Below are positions 9,867 through 20,016 of a stretch of DNA of 64,000 bases, one piece after another. A program made the translations under genes and the position numbers. Source of the DNA: Thermovirgaceae bacterium (GTDB lineage: Bacteria > Synergistota > Synergistia > Synergistales > Thermovirgaceae); contig JAXGNU010000005.1 in the NCBI GenBank assembly GCA_040767805.1, positions 32,001-96,000 of the forward strand, given 5' to 3'. Numbering within the stretch: position 1 is the first letter of the stretch; each line of letters starts with the position of its first letter. The notes beneath the pieces were generated by a model. That model did not search any database. It was not told the origin of the DNA and was given only the letters and a program-made list of their open reading frames with translations.

Positions 9867-9900
9867 CCGGGGCGGCGGAGCTCCCGCTTCGCCGCCCCGG
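9867..9900 (+). other. GC-rich intergenic hairpin without a U-tract
   Basis: CCGGGGCGGCGGAGC-TCCC-GCTTCGCCGCCCCGG between GRE2 and activase 2. Confidence 0.7.
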
Positions 9901-9939
9901 TCACTTCCGATCCAAGGATCGAATCAGGGGAGTCATGCC

Positions 9940-10908
9940 ATGAATAACCTTACAAAAGGGACCGACGGAGAACGGGTCGGCAGAGTGCTGCGGATCGAGA
10001 GGTCCTCCATCCATGATGGGACGGGGCTGAGAACGGTCGTTTTTTTAAAGGGCTGCCCCCTGCGCTGTCTCTGGTGTTCCACTCCTGAGTCTCAAAACCC
10101 TCTGCCCGAGAAAGGTTACGCCAAGGAACGCTGCACGTTGTGCGGCCTCTGCATTGAAAACTGTCCCCAGGGGGCCCTGAGCCTCGATGAGGCGGGAGAG
10201 AGGATCGTCACCGACCGGGATAAGTGCGTCAATTGTTTCGAGTGCGTCAGGGTCTGTCCCTCCGGTGCGATGAAAAGCTACGGTGGCTTCATGACCGTCA
10301 ACGAGGTTGTGGAGGAGGTCGTAAAGGACGCCGTCTTCTACTTCCATTCCGGCGGAGGCGTCACCATCAGCGGCGGGGAACCCTTGGACCAGCCTGATTT
10401 CGTCCAGGCCCTCCTGCGGGAATGCCAAAAGCATGGTATCCACCGCGCCCTGGAAACGAGCTTTTTCGCCCCCTGGGAGACGATCGAGCCCCTGCTCCCC
10501 TTGGTGAACCTGCTTTTCGTGGATATGAAGCACTCCATGCCCGAAGAACACCGGCGCCTTACCGGTGTCGACAACAACCTGATCGCTGAAAACATCCTCA
10601 AGGCCGATGCCTCGGAGTATCCCTTTGACCTCGTCATCCGCACCCCCCTGGTCCCGGGGCTAAACGATTCGGATGAGGCCCTCGCAAAAGCGGCGCATTT
10701 TCTCAAAGGCTTGAGAAAGCTGAAAGAGGTCGAATTTTTAGCCTATCACCGTCTTGGCACCGATACCTACGCTCACCTGGGGATTCCTTATCCCCTGAGC
10801 GAGATAAAAAGTCCGAACAAGGATTTCATGCTATCCAAGGCAAGGTTTTTCATGTCAGAGGCCAAGGGAATCCCCGTCGCGATCAACGGAGTCCCCGTAA
10901 ACCCCTAA
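9940..10908 (+). CDS. Glycyl-radical enzyme activating enzyme 2 with 2x[4Fe-4S] ferredoxin insert
   Basis: GCPLRCLWCSTPES, CTLCGLCIENCP, CVNCFECVRVCP and GGGVTISGGEP motifs. Confidence 0.92.
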   Translation: MNNLTKGTDGERVGRVLRIERSSIHDGTGLRTVVFLKGCPLRCLWCSTPESQNPLPEKGYAKERCTLCGLCIENCPQGALSLDEAGERIVTDRDKCVNCFECVRVCPSGAMKSYGGFMTVNEVVEEVVKDAVFYFHSGGGVTISGGEPLDQPDFVQALLRECQKHGIHRALETSFFAPWETIEPLLPLVNLLFVDMKHSMPEEHRRLTGVDNNLIAENILKADASEYPFDLVIRTPLVPGLNDSDEALAKAAHFLKGLRKLKEVEFLAYHRLGTDTYAHLGIPYPLSEIKSPNKDFMLSKARFFMSEAKGIPVAINGVPVNP

Positions 10909-10948
10909 CAATTTGAACACATACCTTAGCTTTTGGGGAGGACCCGCC

Positions 10949-11890
10949 ATGGAGAGAAAAGATTTTGCCCTGGCCTTCTTGGTCGTGACCATATGGGGCG
11001 GCAACTTGATCGTGATCAAATTGGGTCTCAACGACGTACCGCCCATGCTTCTCGCCGCCCTGCGCTACATCTTCACGGCTCTGCCGGCCATAGCTTTCAT
11101 AAAACCGCCCCGGCTGGAGTGGCGTTATACAATCGCCTACGGCATGACCATCGGTTTCGGGCAGTTCTCCTGCCTCTTCTACGCCATGTACATCGGCATG
11201 CCCGCGGGGCTCTCCTCGATCCTTCTCCAGACCCAGGCCTTTTTCACTATCTTCTTCGCCGCTTTCCTCTTCGGGGAAAAACTCGAGGCCCGACAGATGA
11301 TAGGCCTCGCGACGGCCCTAATGGGCCTTTTCCTGATCGGCGGCATCAAGAGTCCCGCCGGCATACCTCCCGTCTCTTTCACGGCCTTCGCCCTGACCAT
11401 GGCCGCCGCGGCTTTTTGGGGACTATCCAATATAGTCGTACGGTTGGCCGCCAAGCATACGGCATCCCGCGGGGAAAAACTGAACACCCTGAGCCTCGTG
11501 GCATGGTCCAGCCTTGTACCGCCCCTGCCACTCCTCGGCCTGGCCGTGCTGATGGACACCCCCCGGGAGCTGATCGGCGCGGTGACGCATATGAACCGCG
11601 TCTCCCTCTTCGCCATCCTTTACCTGGCCTACCTGGGGACCATTTTCGGGTCTTCCCGGTGGAGCGGCCTGCTGGCGAAGTATCCCGTGGGGAAGGTTGC
11701 CCCCTTTTCCCTGCTCACGCCGCTGACCAGCCTCGTCATGGCCAGGCTCATCCTCGGGGAGGAACTATCCCTGCACCAGTACCTCGGCAGCATGGTGGTC
11801 CTCCTCGGTTTGTGCATCGTTAACTTCAACGGACGCTTCAAAAAAGATGATCTAGGTCAGCCTGATCAAGGGAAACCGCCTTCGACTTAA
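10949..11890 (+). CDS. EamA/DMT family transporter
   Basis: About 10 TM segments; motifs IWGGNLIVIKLGL, PPMLLAALRY and VAPFSLLTP resemble the EamA O-acetylserine/cysteine exporter type. Confidence 0.88.
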   Translation: MERKDFALAFLVVTIWGGNLIVIKLGLNDVPPMLLAALRYIFTALPAIAFIKPPRLEWRYTIAYGMTIGFGQFSCLFYAMYIGMPAGLSSILLQTQAFFTIFFAAFLFGEKLEARQMIGLATALMGLFLIGGIKSPAGIPPVSFTAFALTMAAAAFWGLSNIVVRLAAKHTASRGEKLNTLSLVAWSSLVPPLPLLGLAVLMDTPRELIGAVTHMNRVSLFAILYLAYLGTIFGSSRWSGLLAKYPVGKVAPFSLLTPLTSLVMARLILGEELSLHQYLGSMVVLLGLCIVNFNGRFKKDDLGQPDQGKPPST

Positions 11891-11978
11891 GCAAACCCCG
11901 GGCAAGACTTACGCAGCTTCACTCAGGAAACACACAAACAAGCGCTCCCTAATCGGATCAACCGCGGAGTCTAACAGG

Positions 11979-12018
11979 AAAAGATCGCCCGGGGACCGAG
12001 GTCCCCGGGCGAAGTTTT
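11979..12018. terminator. Probable bidirectional intrinsic terminator
   Basis: Stem TCGCCCGGGGACC/GGTCCCCGGGCGA flanked by AAAA and TTTT, between convergent operons. Confidence 0.7.
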
Positions 12019-12032
12019 ACCGGGATCGCCCC

Positions 12033-12705
12033 CTAGCGCAGTCCCAGGACGTTGCTCGGTAGCCACAGGGTGAGCTGGGGGAAGAAGATGACCAACAGGA
12101 CCACGGCGGCCTGGATCAGGATGAAGGGCCAAACCGATCGGTAAAGATCCATCGTCGTGATCTCCGGCGGGGCCACCCCCTTCAGGTAAAAGAGGCAGTA
12201 ACCGAAGGGGGGCGACAGGTAGCCGATCTGCATGTTGATCATGAAAAGGACGCCGAACCAGACGGGATCGAACCCGTAGCTGGCCAGGATCGGCGCGTAG
12301 ATGGGCAGGGTCAGGCACATCATCGTTATCTCTTCCGTGACGCACCCCATGATGATGTAGGTCATCTGCATGATCATGACCATGACCAGGGGAGTGACGT
12401 TGAGGTTCAGGAAAAACTGGCGGATCAGGTCGGCCGCCCCCACGGTGACGAACATGGTGGCGAAGAGCTTGGCGCCGACTATGATCCACATGACCATGTT
12501 GCAGATCCGGAAGGTCCTGTCGCAGGACTCCCACAACAGGGCAAAGGTCAGCTTTCTCTTGGCGGCCACGCAGAGAAGGGCCACGCCGGCGCCGATGGCG
12601 GCTGCCGCCGAGGGTGAAGGCCATGGGGAAGCCGAGAAAGAGTCCGCCGAAAAGAAGCCCCAGAAGCATGATGAGGTAAGTGGACGCAGTCAGCTCCATG
12701 ATCAC
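12033..12705 (-). pseudogene. dctM: TRAP large permease (DctM) with large internal deletion and frameshift
   Basis: The N-terminus ...GLFLGFPMAFTLGG joins out of frame to AAAIGAGVALLC...GFDPVWFG...SPPFG. Roughly half of a normal DctM is missing. Confidence 0.82.
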
Positions 12706-13200
12706 ACCTTCTTCTCGAAAAGGCCGTAGAGAGTTTCGACGAACTGGGCGATCCCCTGGAGGATCATCAGCATCGAAGCGGCAGGGATGAAGAGCTTCAC
12801 GGGGTAAACGGGCGGACGGAGGAAGGAGACCGTTGTCTCACTGTACAGGACCGACATGTAGGCCATCTTGCAGCCGTGATAGAAGATCACGCCCATCAAC
12901 AGGAAGAAAAAGGGGTAGGTGATCAGATCAACGACGGCCATGGCCCGTTCGGAGAAAAGGGCGTAAAGGACGTCCGATTTGATGTGTTCCCGATGCAGCA
13001 GTACGTACCCACCGCCTATGATGGCATAGGCGCCGAAAATGTGGCCCGAAATCTCGTGGGCCCAGATCGTGGGCGCGTTAAACACGTACCTTGAAACAAC
13101 CTCGTAGCACAAGATGCCTATCAAGGGCAAGATCAGAAAGCATAAGGTCTTACCAAAAAAAGGTGTTCAGTTTCCCGATAAACCGGATGAAGTACCTCAT
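12702..13200 (-). pseudogene. dctQ: TRAP small permease (DctQ), +1 frameshift in an A7 tract
   Basis: ATG at 13200 (MRYFIRFIGKLNTFF) hits a stop. Removing one base of the 7-A run at 13155-13161 restores GKTLCFLILPLIGILCYEVVSRYVFNAPTIWA. Confidence 0.8.
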
Positions 13201-13809
13201 CGACAACCCCCCCATGCTATCGCAAAGCGATAGGCACCCTTGAGGCGAATGTAAAAGGTATCCAAAATCCGCGCTCTGGAACAACCTAAAAAAACACGCA
13301 ATACCGAAAGTATAGGACCCGAAGCCCGCCCTGGTTTCCAGACCCTGAAAAGCAAGAGCAGGGCATTTGTTCAAAAGGATTGAGGCTATGAAGAAACCTG
13401 GCAGTGGTCCGGCCTTTGAGATACTCCTCCGGCGCCGCCTGGAAACCGTCGAAGCATAAAAAGGCGTCACTATCGTCCTGTTGAAGATCGTGATACCGCT
13501 CTTGGTTCATCCGAATGCACCGCACCCGGTGATTACCCCAAGCTGGCGGGGAACAGAGTAAACCTGCAAGGTCCCCCAGGGCGTTTGGCTCCTTCCCCGG
13601 TAAGAGGGGAACCTTGCAGGCCTATTACGGTTGAAAAAAACCTTCCGCCCGTGCCTGAGCCGATCATGATAGGCACCGGCGGGATCCCTAACGAGAATCG
13701 CCGGGGATCACGTAACAGTCACTTCAAGGAGGGACTTCGGCTTCCTTATCGGCTGAACCCGATCAGGCCTCCGTTACCTCGGCCGGGCCGATCCGGCCCG
13801 GCGACCAGG

Positions 13810-14898
13810 TTATTGTTCCATCAAAGCTTTTGCCAGTTCAGGCCTGTATTCCTGGAGGTAGGCCTTAAGCACTTCGATGGCTTCCTTGCTGGCGGCGTCC
13901 TTGCCGAAATCGGGCAGGAAGGAAGCCACCGTGGCGTTCCACTTCAGGGCATCCTCTTCGGACCAGTCCACGATGGTAACGCCCAGATCCTTGGCCTGGC
14001 CCCAGGCTTTGCCGTTGTCGGCCGATCCCTGGAACTCGGCGAAGGCGTTGCCCGCCGCAAGGGCGGACTCGACGACGGCCTTGAGATCGTCGGGAAGCTC
14101 TCTCCAGACTTTGCCGTTGACGATGAAGTAGTCAACATTGACCGGGCCCATCAGGGGCGTCCGGAGCCAGTACTTGGCGACCTCGTGGAAGCCCATGGCG
14201 ATGCTGTCGGCGGGACCGCAATAGGTACAGGCATCGATGACTCCCGATGAGAGGTTCGTGTAGATTTCCTCCCCGGGCGACCAGGTGACGGAGGCCCCGA
14301 GAGCACCGAGGGCGTTGGCCACGGGGACGTCGCCGCTGCGAAACTTCATGCCCTTGATCTTATCGATGCTGTCGATGGGCACCTTGGAGTTCATGATCAT
14401 CTGGAGCACGTAGTAGGCGGGGCCGACCACGTGGACATCGCCGTATTTGGCCAGTTCTTCCCGAAGGAGGGCCAGGATCCGTCCGTCGTTCTGCTTCTCT
14501 ACATACTGGTGGAGTTCCCAGGTGTTGTTAAGCAGGAAGAGGGGGTTGGCGACCAAGCTCAAGAGGGGTATCTTCCCCGAATAGTAGTCGGTATAGATAA
14601 TCATTGCCGGGGTTGCCCCGGTGTCCACGGCATCCAGCTGTTCAGCGACGGGGCAGACCATCCCCAGCGCGGTAGGCGTAACCTTGATGCGGCCGTTCGA
14701 AGCGCGGGTGATGAGGTCCGAGACGTAAACCAGCCGGTCCTATACGACGCCGCTGGGCTGCCAGGTTGAAGGATACCACTGCCAGGTTTTTTCCTTGGTC
14801 TCGGCCGCGATGGCCCCAGTCTGGAAACAGGAGGCAACGAGGGCGAAAGCCAAGAGTACAAATATCCCAACTTTCAGTGCCTTACTTTTCTTTCTCAT
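13810..14898 (-). pseudogene. dctP: TRAP substrate-binding protein (DctP) with in-frame TAG
   Basis: Signal peptide from ATG 14898 (MRKKSKALKVGIFVLLAF...) is in frame with ORF 13810-14661 but interrupted by TAG at 14740-14742. KGMKFR and EIYTNLSSGVIDA motifs present. Confidence 0.82.
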
Positions 14899-15027
14899 TA
14901 CAAAGAGCACCACTGCAATTCACCGGCATTTTCCCCACAGGTGATGTTAATCCGATCCGATGGCACCCCTCTGCTCCGGCTGAATTTTGCCTTATTCCCT
15001 GATTTTAGCGTTGGGGAAAGAGCTTGA

Positions 15028-15765
15028 TCAGTCCATCAACATTCCGCCGTTTATGTTTAGGACCTCTCCCGTAATATAAACGGCCTTCTCGGAAAGGAGG
15101 AAAGAGACGGCATCGGCTATTTCTTCGGGTTTGGCCAAACGCCCGATGGGGATCTTCTTGATCGCTTCTTTCCAGCGGTCGCTTTTAAGGATATTGGGCG
15201 TCTCCACCCATCCCGGCGCGACGGCGTTCACATTGATATGGAATTCCGCCATTTCCGCCGCCAGGGACCGGGTCAAACTGATCACCCCGGCCTTGGCCGC
15301 CGAGTAGGCGGCGTTCCCTGGTCCGGGCGTCTTCCCGTCGATGGAAGCCATGTTGACAATCTTCCCCGACCGGTGGGCCATCATATCGACGAGGCACTCC
15401 TGGCTGCACCATAAGAAAGATTTCAGGCATACGTTCATGACCAAGTCCCAATCCTGGTCTTTTATTTCCATGAAGGGTCCGCTGGGGTAAATACCCACGT
15501 TGTTGATAAGGGCGTTGATGGGTCCAAAGGTGGATCGTGCTTTAAGGATGGCGCCTCGGGCAGCATCCCGGGTCGAAAGATCACAGGCGATACCTTGGGC
15601 AGTCCCCCCATTCAGGGCAACTTCATTCGCCACAGCTAGGGCATGCTCTACGGAAAAGCTGACAATGCTGACGGTCCACCCTTCACTTGCCAGCGTCCTA
15701 GCTATAGCCCTGCCTATACCGCTTCCTCCCCCGGTGACAACAGCGTGGCCTTTTTTCGGTGTCAA
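15028..15765 (-). CDS. Short-chain dehydrogenase/reductase (FabG-like)
   Basis: TGGGSGIG, NNVG, YSAAK and NAVAPGW motifs. Confidence 0.92.
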   Translation of the reverse strand: MTPKKGHAVVTGGGSGIGRAIARTLASEGWTVSIVSFSVEHALAVANEVALNGGTAQGIACDLSTRDAARGAILKARSTFGPINALINNVGIYPSGPFMEIKDQDWDLVMNVCLKSFLWCSQECLVDMMAHRSGKIVNMASIDGKTPGPGNAAYSAAKAGVISLTRSLAAEMAEFHINVNAVAPGWVETPNILKSDRWKEAIKKIPIGRLAKPEEIADAVSFLLSEKAVYITGEVLNINGGMLMD

Positions 15766-15943
15766 CGCTATCCCCCTCAGATAGACAGACTATTGATTCC
15801 AAGGAAAACCCCGTTGGGAAAACAATTCTACACTAACCATAGCGATGGCAAAACCTTTCGTGGGGTTCCTTGTGTTCTGTCTGTCAGGCTTCCGGCTACT
15901 CACAAAGGGTCAATTCCTTTTGGATCCGCATGACACAATAGAA

Positions 15944-15980
15944 AATGGTAATATTGGATTTACCAAGATAATACCAGTTT
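15944..15980. promoter_or_regulatory. Candidate FadR-type (GntR) operator cluster
   Basis: TTGGATTTACCAA palindrome at 15954-15966 plus flanking TGGT/ACCA half-sites, upstream of the SDR gene. Confidence 0.4.
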
Positions 15981-16328
15981 GGGAAACATTTTAACACGCG
16001 ATCGGATAACGTCAGGAAAGGGGTCACCAAGGCCATTCATGTATACTGATGCTCGGAAACGCACCGGGAGCGTTGTATCCGCCCGGTAACGTCCCCGAGT
16101 AACTGGAGCTGACCGCGGGGGTCGGCAGGCTTCTCGGGTAAAATAGAGAACCGGGGAAAAAGGACATCCGCCAGGAAGGCGTGCCTTTAACCTTTCAAGG
16201 CCTGTTGTCACCAACACCCATATGATGGATCTAAATTTACATCCAGATTCCCGCACATGGATACAATCTTGAGGTGAAGTCTTGTAAACGGATATGGCAT
16301 TCTTTGTTCAGGAAGGACCTGGACGGGG

Positions 16329-17613
16329 GTGCCAACCGTGGCGAAGCTAAAGGAGCATCACATCATGTGCGCGGAAGAACTAGCAAACCACAAAAGCATC
16401 AGGGATATAGCGTCCACCTTTTGCGTGGACGAAAGCACCTTGAGATACAGGCTCGAACGGCATCGGACAGGAGCCGTGGATGGCAGATCGCTCCAGGAGG
16501 AAGCGTGCGCTCCTTCCGACCCCTTGTCCTCGAGTGGATACAGGGGCAGGAAGGGCAGGAGCGGCCGGAATCCGTTCGGGCATTGTATATGAAAGACTTC
16601 TGCGCGGACCACGGATACACGGGGAGCTATGGGTGTCTACAGGTTCGTCAAAAGGAGGCGCAAGGCCCCTTTCCCTGCCCCCTTCCGCCGGAGTGGAGAC
16701 CAAGCCGGGGGCGCAAGCTCAGGCCGACTGGCTTCAAAAGAAGATCTATATCCACGAACTTGGCGGAGAGACAAAGATCTCGGCATTCATAATGACCCTG
16801 TCCCACTCCCGGATGTGGTCCGTCGTCTGGAGCCGGAGCGAAAACATGCTCACCTGGCTTGCCTGCCACAACAGGGCCTTCGAATTCCTGGGAGGTGTCC
16901 CGTATACGGTCAGGATAGACAACCTCAAAACGGGAGTAGCCTGCGGCTGCGGAGCCCTGGGCAAAGCTCAACGAAGAGTACGCCTCCTACGCGAAGCAGA
17001 TGGATTTCGCCATAGACCCCCACAGGGTCAGGACACCCAGGGACAAGGGCAAGGCGGAACGTAGGGTCCAGGATGTGAAGACGCTCCAGATTACGGAGAA
17101 GGACCGGTTCGAGGATATGGAGGACCTGCAGGAGACCAGCACCCTCCGGATCCTTGCCAGATCACGGAAGTTACTATGCCCAGTAACGGGCAAAAGCATC
17201 TACGACAGCTGGAACCTTGAAAAGCAGCATCTAAAGCCCCTTCCATTTTCTTCCTGTACCCTTCGATGTACACAGGTCTCGAGGAAGTTGGCCGGGATTG
17301 CCTTGTCTCCTTCGAGGGAAGACGTTACATCCCCTACACTTGGACCCAAACGGACGGTCAGGTCAGGGGGTGTGCGGACACCGTCGAGATATGGGGGAGA
17401 GGGAAACTGCTCTGCACCTTCCCGCGCAAAACGGACTGCAGGCTTCTCATTGACCAGGGCCACTACGAAGGGGCCAGCGAAGGCGCAGGAAAGACCCCTG
17501 TTCCTCTTGGGAAAATTGGCAGGGAGATCGTAATACCCAGAAGCTGGGAGATAGAAGATGCCCCCAGGCGTTCCATAGATCGCTACGCGGAAGCTGTGGG
17601 TACACGGTCATGA
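16329..17613 (+). pseudogene. istA: IS21 transposase IstA, multiple frameshifts
   Basis: Fragments across frames: HTH, ETKPGAQAQADW, AFEFLGGVPYTVRIDNLKT, PRDKGKAER. Confidence 0.85.
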
Positions 17614-18404
17614 CCAGGCCAGAGGCAGTGACCGGTCTGGACGCGAGCAGGTCTTTGCTGGAAGAGATGGGCTTTGAGCATGCCCAGCATCTCGTGGCGG
17701 AGCTCATGGAACAGGCCGTAAAGGACAACGCCTCCTACGGTGACTTTCTGGAAAAAGGTTTGAGAAGAGAACATGAATACCGGGAAGAGCGCAGGATAAG
17801 GACACTCCTTTGAAGCTGTCCGGCCTGCCCCAGGGCAAGACCCTTGAAAGCTTCGACTTCACCTTTGGTCGGAGCGTGAACAAAGGAGATCGAGCTGCTT
17901 TCGACCTGCGAATACGCCAAGAGGAAGGAGAACATCCTCCTCCTCGGCCCGCCCGGAGTGGGCAAGAGCCACCTCGCGCCGCGGCGTTGGGGGTGCGGGC
18001 CGTACAGAATGAAGCTTCTCCGTCTCCTGGCTGACTGCCGACGACCTGCTTTTCGCCTCAGGCGGGACGAGGAGAACCCTTCCAGGCGAAACAGGAGGAG
18101 GAAATACTGTCTCCTCGGGCGTTCTCGTCCTTGGAGCGAGCTGGGGTTCCAGGTCCTGGGCCGGGGCGACGCCCACCTGCTCTTCAAGGTGGTAAGCGCC
18201 AGGTACGAAAGGGCGAGCACGATCATCACGTCGAACAAGAGCATACGGGATTGGCCGGAGATGCTGGCAGGAGACGAAGTCCTCACTACCGCTATCCTGG
18301 ACAGGCTTTTACACCATTGCCACGTCGTTCATGTCGACGGAAGCAGTTACCGCCTCTGGGAGATGGAACAACGGACCAGACCCGCACCGCGGAAGGAGGG
18401 ATGA
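17610..18404 (+). pseudogene. istB: IS21 helper ATPase IstB, stop codon and frameshifts
   Basis: KTLESFDF, LLGPPGVGKSHLA (Walker A), RYERASTIITSNK and AILDRLLHHCHVVHVDGSSYR motifs. Confidence 0.87.
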
Positions 18405-18462
18405 CCTGAACGGTCAAACATTTCAGGTTCACGAATCACCCCAACGCGTTCAAGAAGGAATG

Positions 18463-19896
18463 GGTAGTGTCAAGAATTTTTCGCACATTTTTTTCTCGGG
18501 CTTAATATTCAGCAGTCTCCCCGAATAGGGGTGTCATTTTATTAAACGCATCCGGCCATAACCTCAGGTTCACGATCCCTTTCGTATGCATATAGCTTTT
18601 CCATGTCCATGTACTTTCGAGTTCCCCATTTGGTAGATACTATATGTCTTAGTCTGGCAGCCACCAGCATGAGGGCCGAATTGCCGTCCGGGAAAGCGCC
18701 CACCACCCGCGTTCTGCGCCGGATCTCGCGGTTAATTCGCTCAAGGGGATTGTTCGTCCTGAGACTTCTGCGGTGCTCCGGGGGAAAGTTATAGTAGCTG
18801 AAGGTCTCGGAGACGCCTTTTTTTACTATCTCAGCAGCCTTCTGAAGCTTCATTTCCCGCAGTTTCACCACCACGTCCTCCGCTTTTTTCTCCGCAGCCT
18901 TAAGATCTTCAGAAGCGTGAATCGCCTTGAGCATGTCCGCCACCATGCGCATCTTGCCACGGGGAGTTACGGTGAATACGTTGCGATAGAAATGAACCGC
19001 GCACCTCTGCCACCTAGATTCAGGAAAGGCTTCACCAAGGGCATCCACAAGGCCTGAGCATTTATCAGAGATGAAGAGGCGAACACCCTTCAGCCCCCTT
19101 TCCTTCAAGTGTCTCAGAAAGTTCAGCCAGCTCTCCTTGTCCTCCTTGCCTCCTTCAGCCACGCCGATAACTTTTCTGTAGCCCTCGCTGTCTACTCCTA
19201 TCGCCACTAGTACGGATACGTTCTCAACCTCGCCTCCCCAGCTTCTCTTCAGCCAGATTCCGTCAAGATAGACATAGGGGTGCTCTTCCTCAAGGGGACG
19301 ATTTCTCCAGCTTTCTATATGGCCATAAATCTTCTGGTTCATGTTGCTTATGGTCGAGGGGCTTACCTTGGTACCCCAAAGGGCTTCCGTGATATCTTCA
19401 ACACGCCTCACGGATACACCGGCGAGATACATCTCAATCATGGCCTCCTCTACCGAAGCCTCCCTCCTGCGGTACCTTTCTATTATGGAGGTCTCAAAGG
19501 TCAACGTTCTGAGCTTGGGCATCCGGAGGGTCACTTCGCCGGCCTTCGTATGCAGCTGCCTGGTGTAGTAACCTGCCCTGGTATCCACACGGTCCGGGGA
19601 ACGCTCATATCGCGTGGCCTTGCACAAAGCGTCAGCCTCGGCGTCCAGGAGACTGTTCAGCGTGTCTTCCACACTCTTCTTTACCATCTGGTCAAGATGA
19701 TTGCGGATCTCTCCCTCGTCAATGCTGATGATTTTAGAAACCGGCCGTGTCTCACACGCTTTTTTTGTGATATCTTTCATATGCAGCAGCCTCCGCTTCA
19801 GGGGTAAGTTTTGTTGTCGCAGATAAAACCTTACACCCTTCAGGGGACTGCTGCACCTTATTGAACAAGATTGTGCGAAAAATATTGTACGTTATC
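18463..19896 (-). mobile_element. IS256-family element, intact copy (1434 bp)
   Basis: Imperfect 25-bp TIRs (GGTAGTGTCAAGAATTTTTCGCACA / GATAACGTACAATATTTTTCGCACA). 8-bp TSD AAGGAATG at 18455-18462 and 19897-19904. Confidence 0.93.
18542..19780 (-). CDS. IS256 (mutator-type) DDE transposase
   Basis: 412 aa; MYLAGVSVRRV, YVYLDG, LFISD, WQRCAVHF and TNNPLERINREIRRRTRVVGAFP motifs. Confidence 0.95.
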   Translation of the reverse strand: MKDITKKACETRPVSKIISIDEGEIRNHLDQMVKKSVEDTLNSLLDAEADALCKATRYERSPDRVDTRAGYYTRQLHTKAGEVTLRMPKLRTLTFETSIIERYRRREASVEEAMIEMYLAGVSVRRVEDITEALWGTKVSPSTISNMNQKIYGHIESWRNRPLEEEHPYVYLDGIWLKRSWGGEVENVSVLVAIGVDSEGYRKVIGVAEGGKEDKESWLNFLRHLKERGLKGVRLFISDKCSGLVDALGEAFPESRWQRCAVHFYRNVFTVTPRGKMRMVADMLKAIHASEDLKAAEKKAEDVVVKLREMKLQKAAEIVKKGVSETFSYYNFPPEHRRSLRTNNPLERINREIRRRTRVVGAFPDGNSALMLVAARLRHIVSTKWGTRKYMDMEKLYAYERDREPEVMAGCV

Positions 19897-20016
19897 AAGG
19901 AATGTGTATATCTGCGGGAAAGTGGATGTAAATTTACTGCGGGAATCTGGGTGTTAATTGACACCTGTCATCGTGGGTTTAGGTGGGCCGCTAGAAAAAT
20001 TTAAGGGGGAACTACA

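Larger units (their letters stand above)
16206..19963 (+). mobile_element. IS21-family element (degraded) carrying a nested IS256
   Basis: TGTCA...TGACA ends with related subterminal repeats (AACACCCA, TAAATTTACATCCA, TTCCCGCA). 5-bp target duplication CCTGT at 16201-16205 and 19964-19968. Confidence 0.88.

Noticed and set aside
13155..13161. Phase variation at the A7 tract in dctQ
   Set aside because: The tract is short and the rest of the operon is irreversibly damaged; decay or a homopolymer error is more likely.
14740..14742. Pyrrolysine or read-through at the in-frame TAG of dctP
   Set aside because: A single TGG-to-TAG change explains it, the neighbouring dctQ and dctM are also broken, and no pyl genes are visible.
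16329..18404. Programmed frameshifting in istA/istB
   Set aside because: There are too many scattered shifts plus a stop codon; consistent with decay or consensus error.
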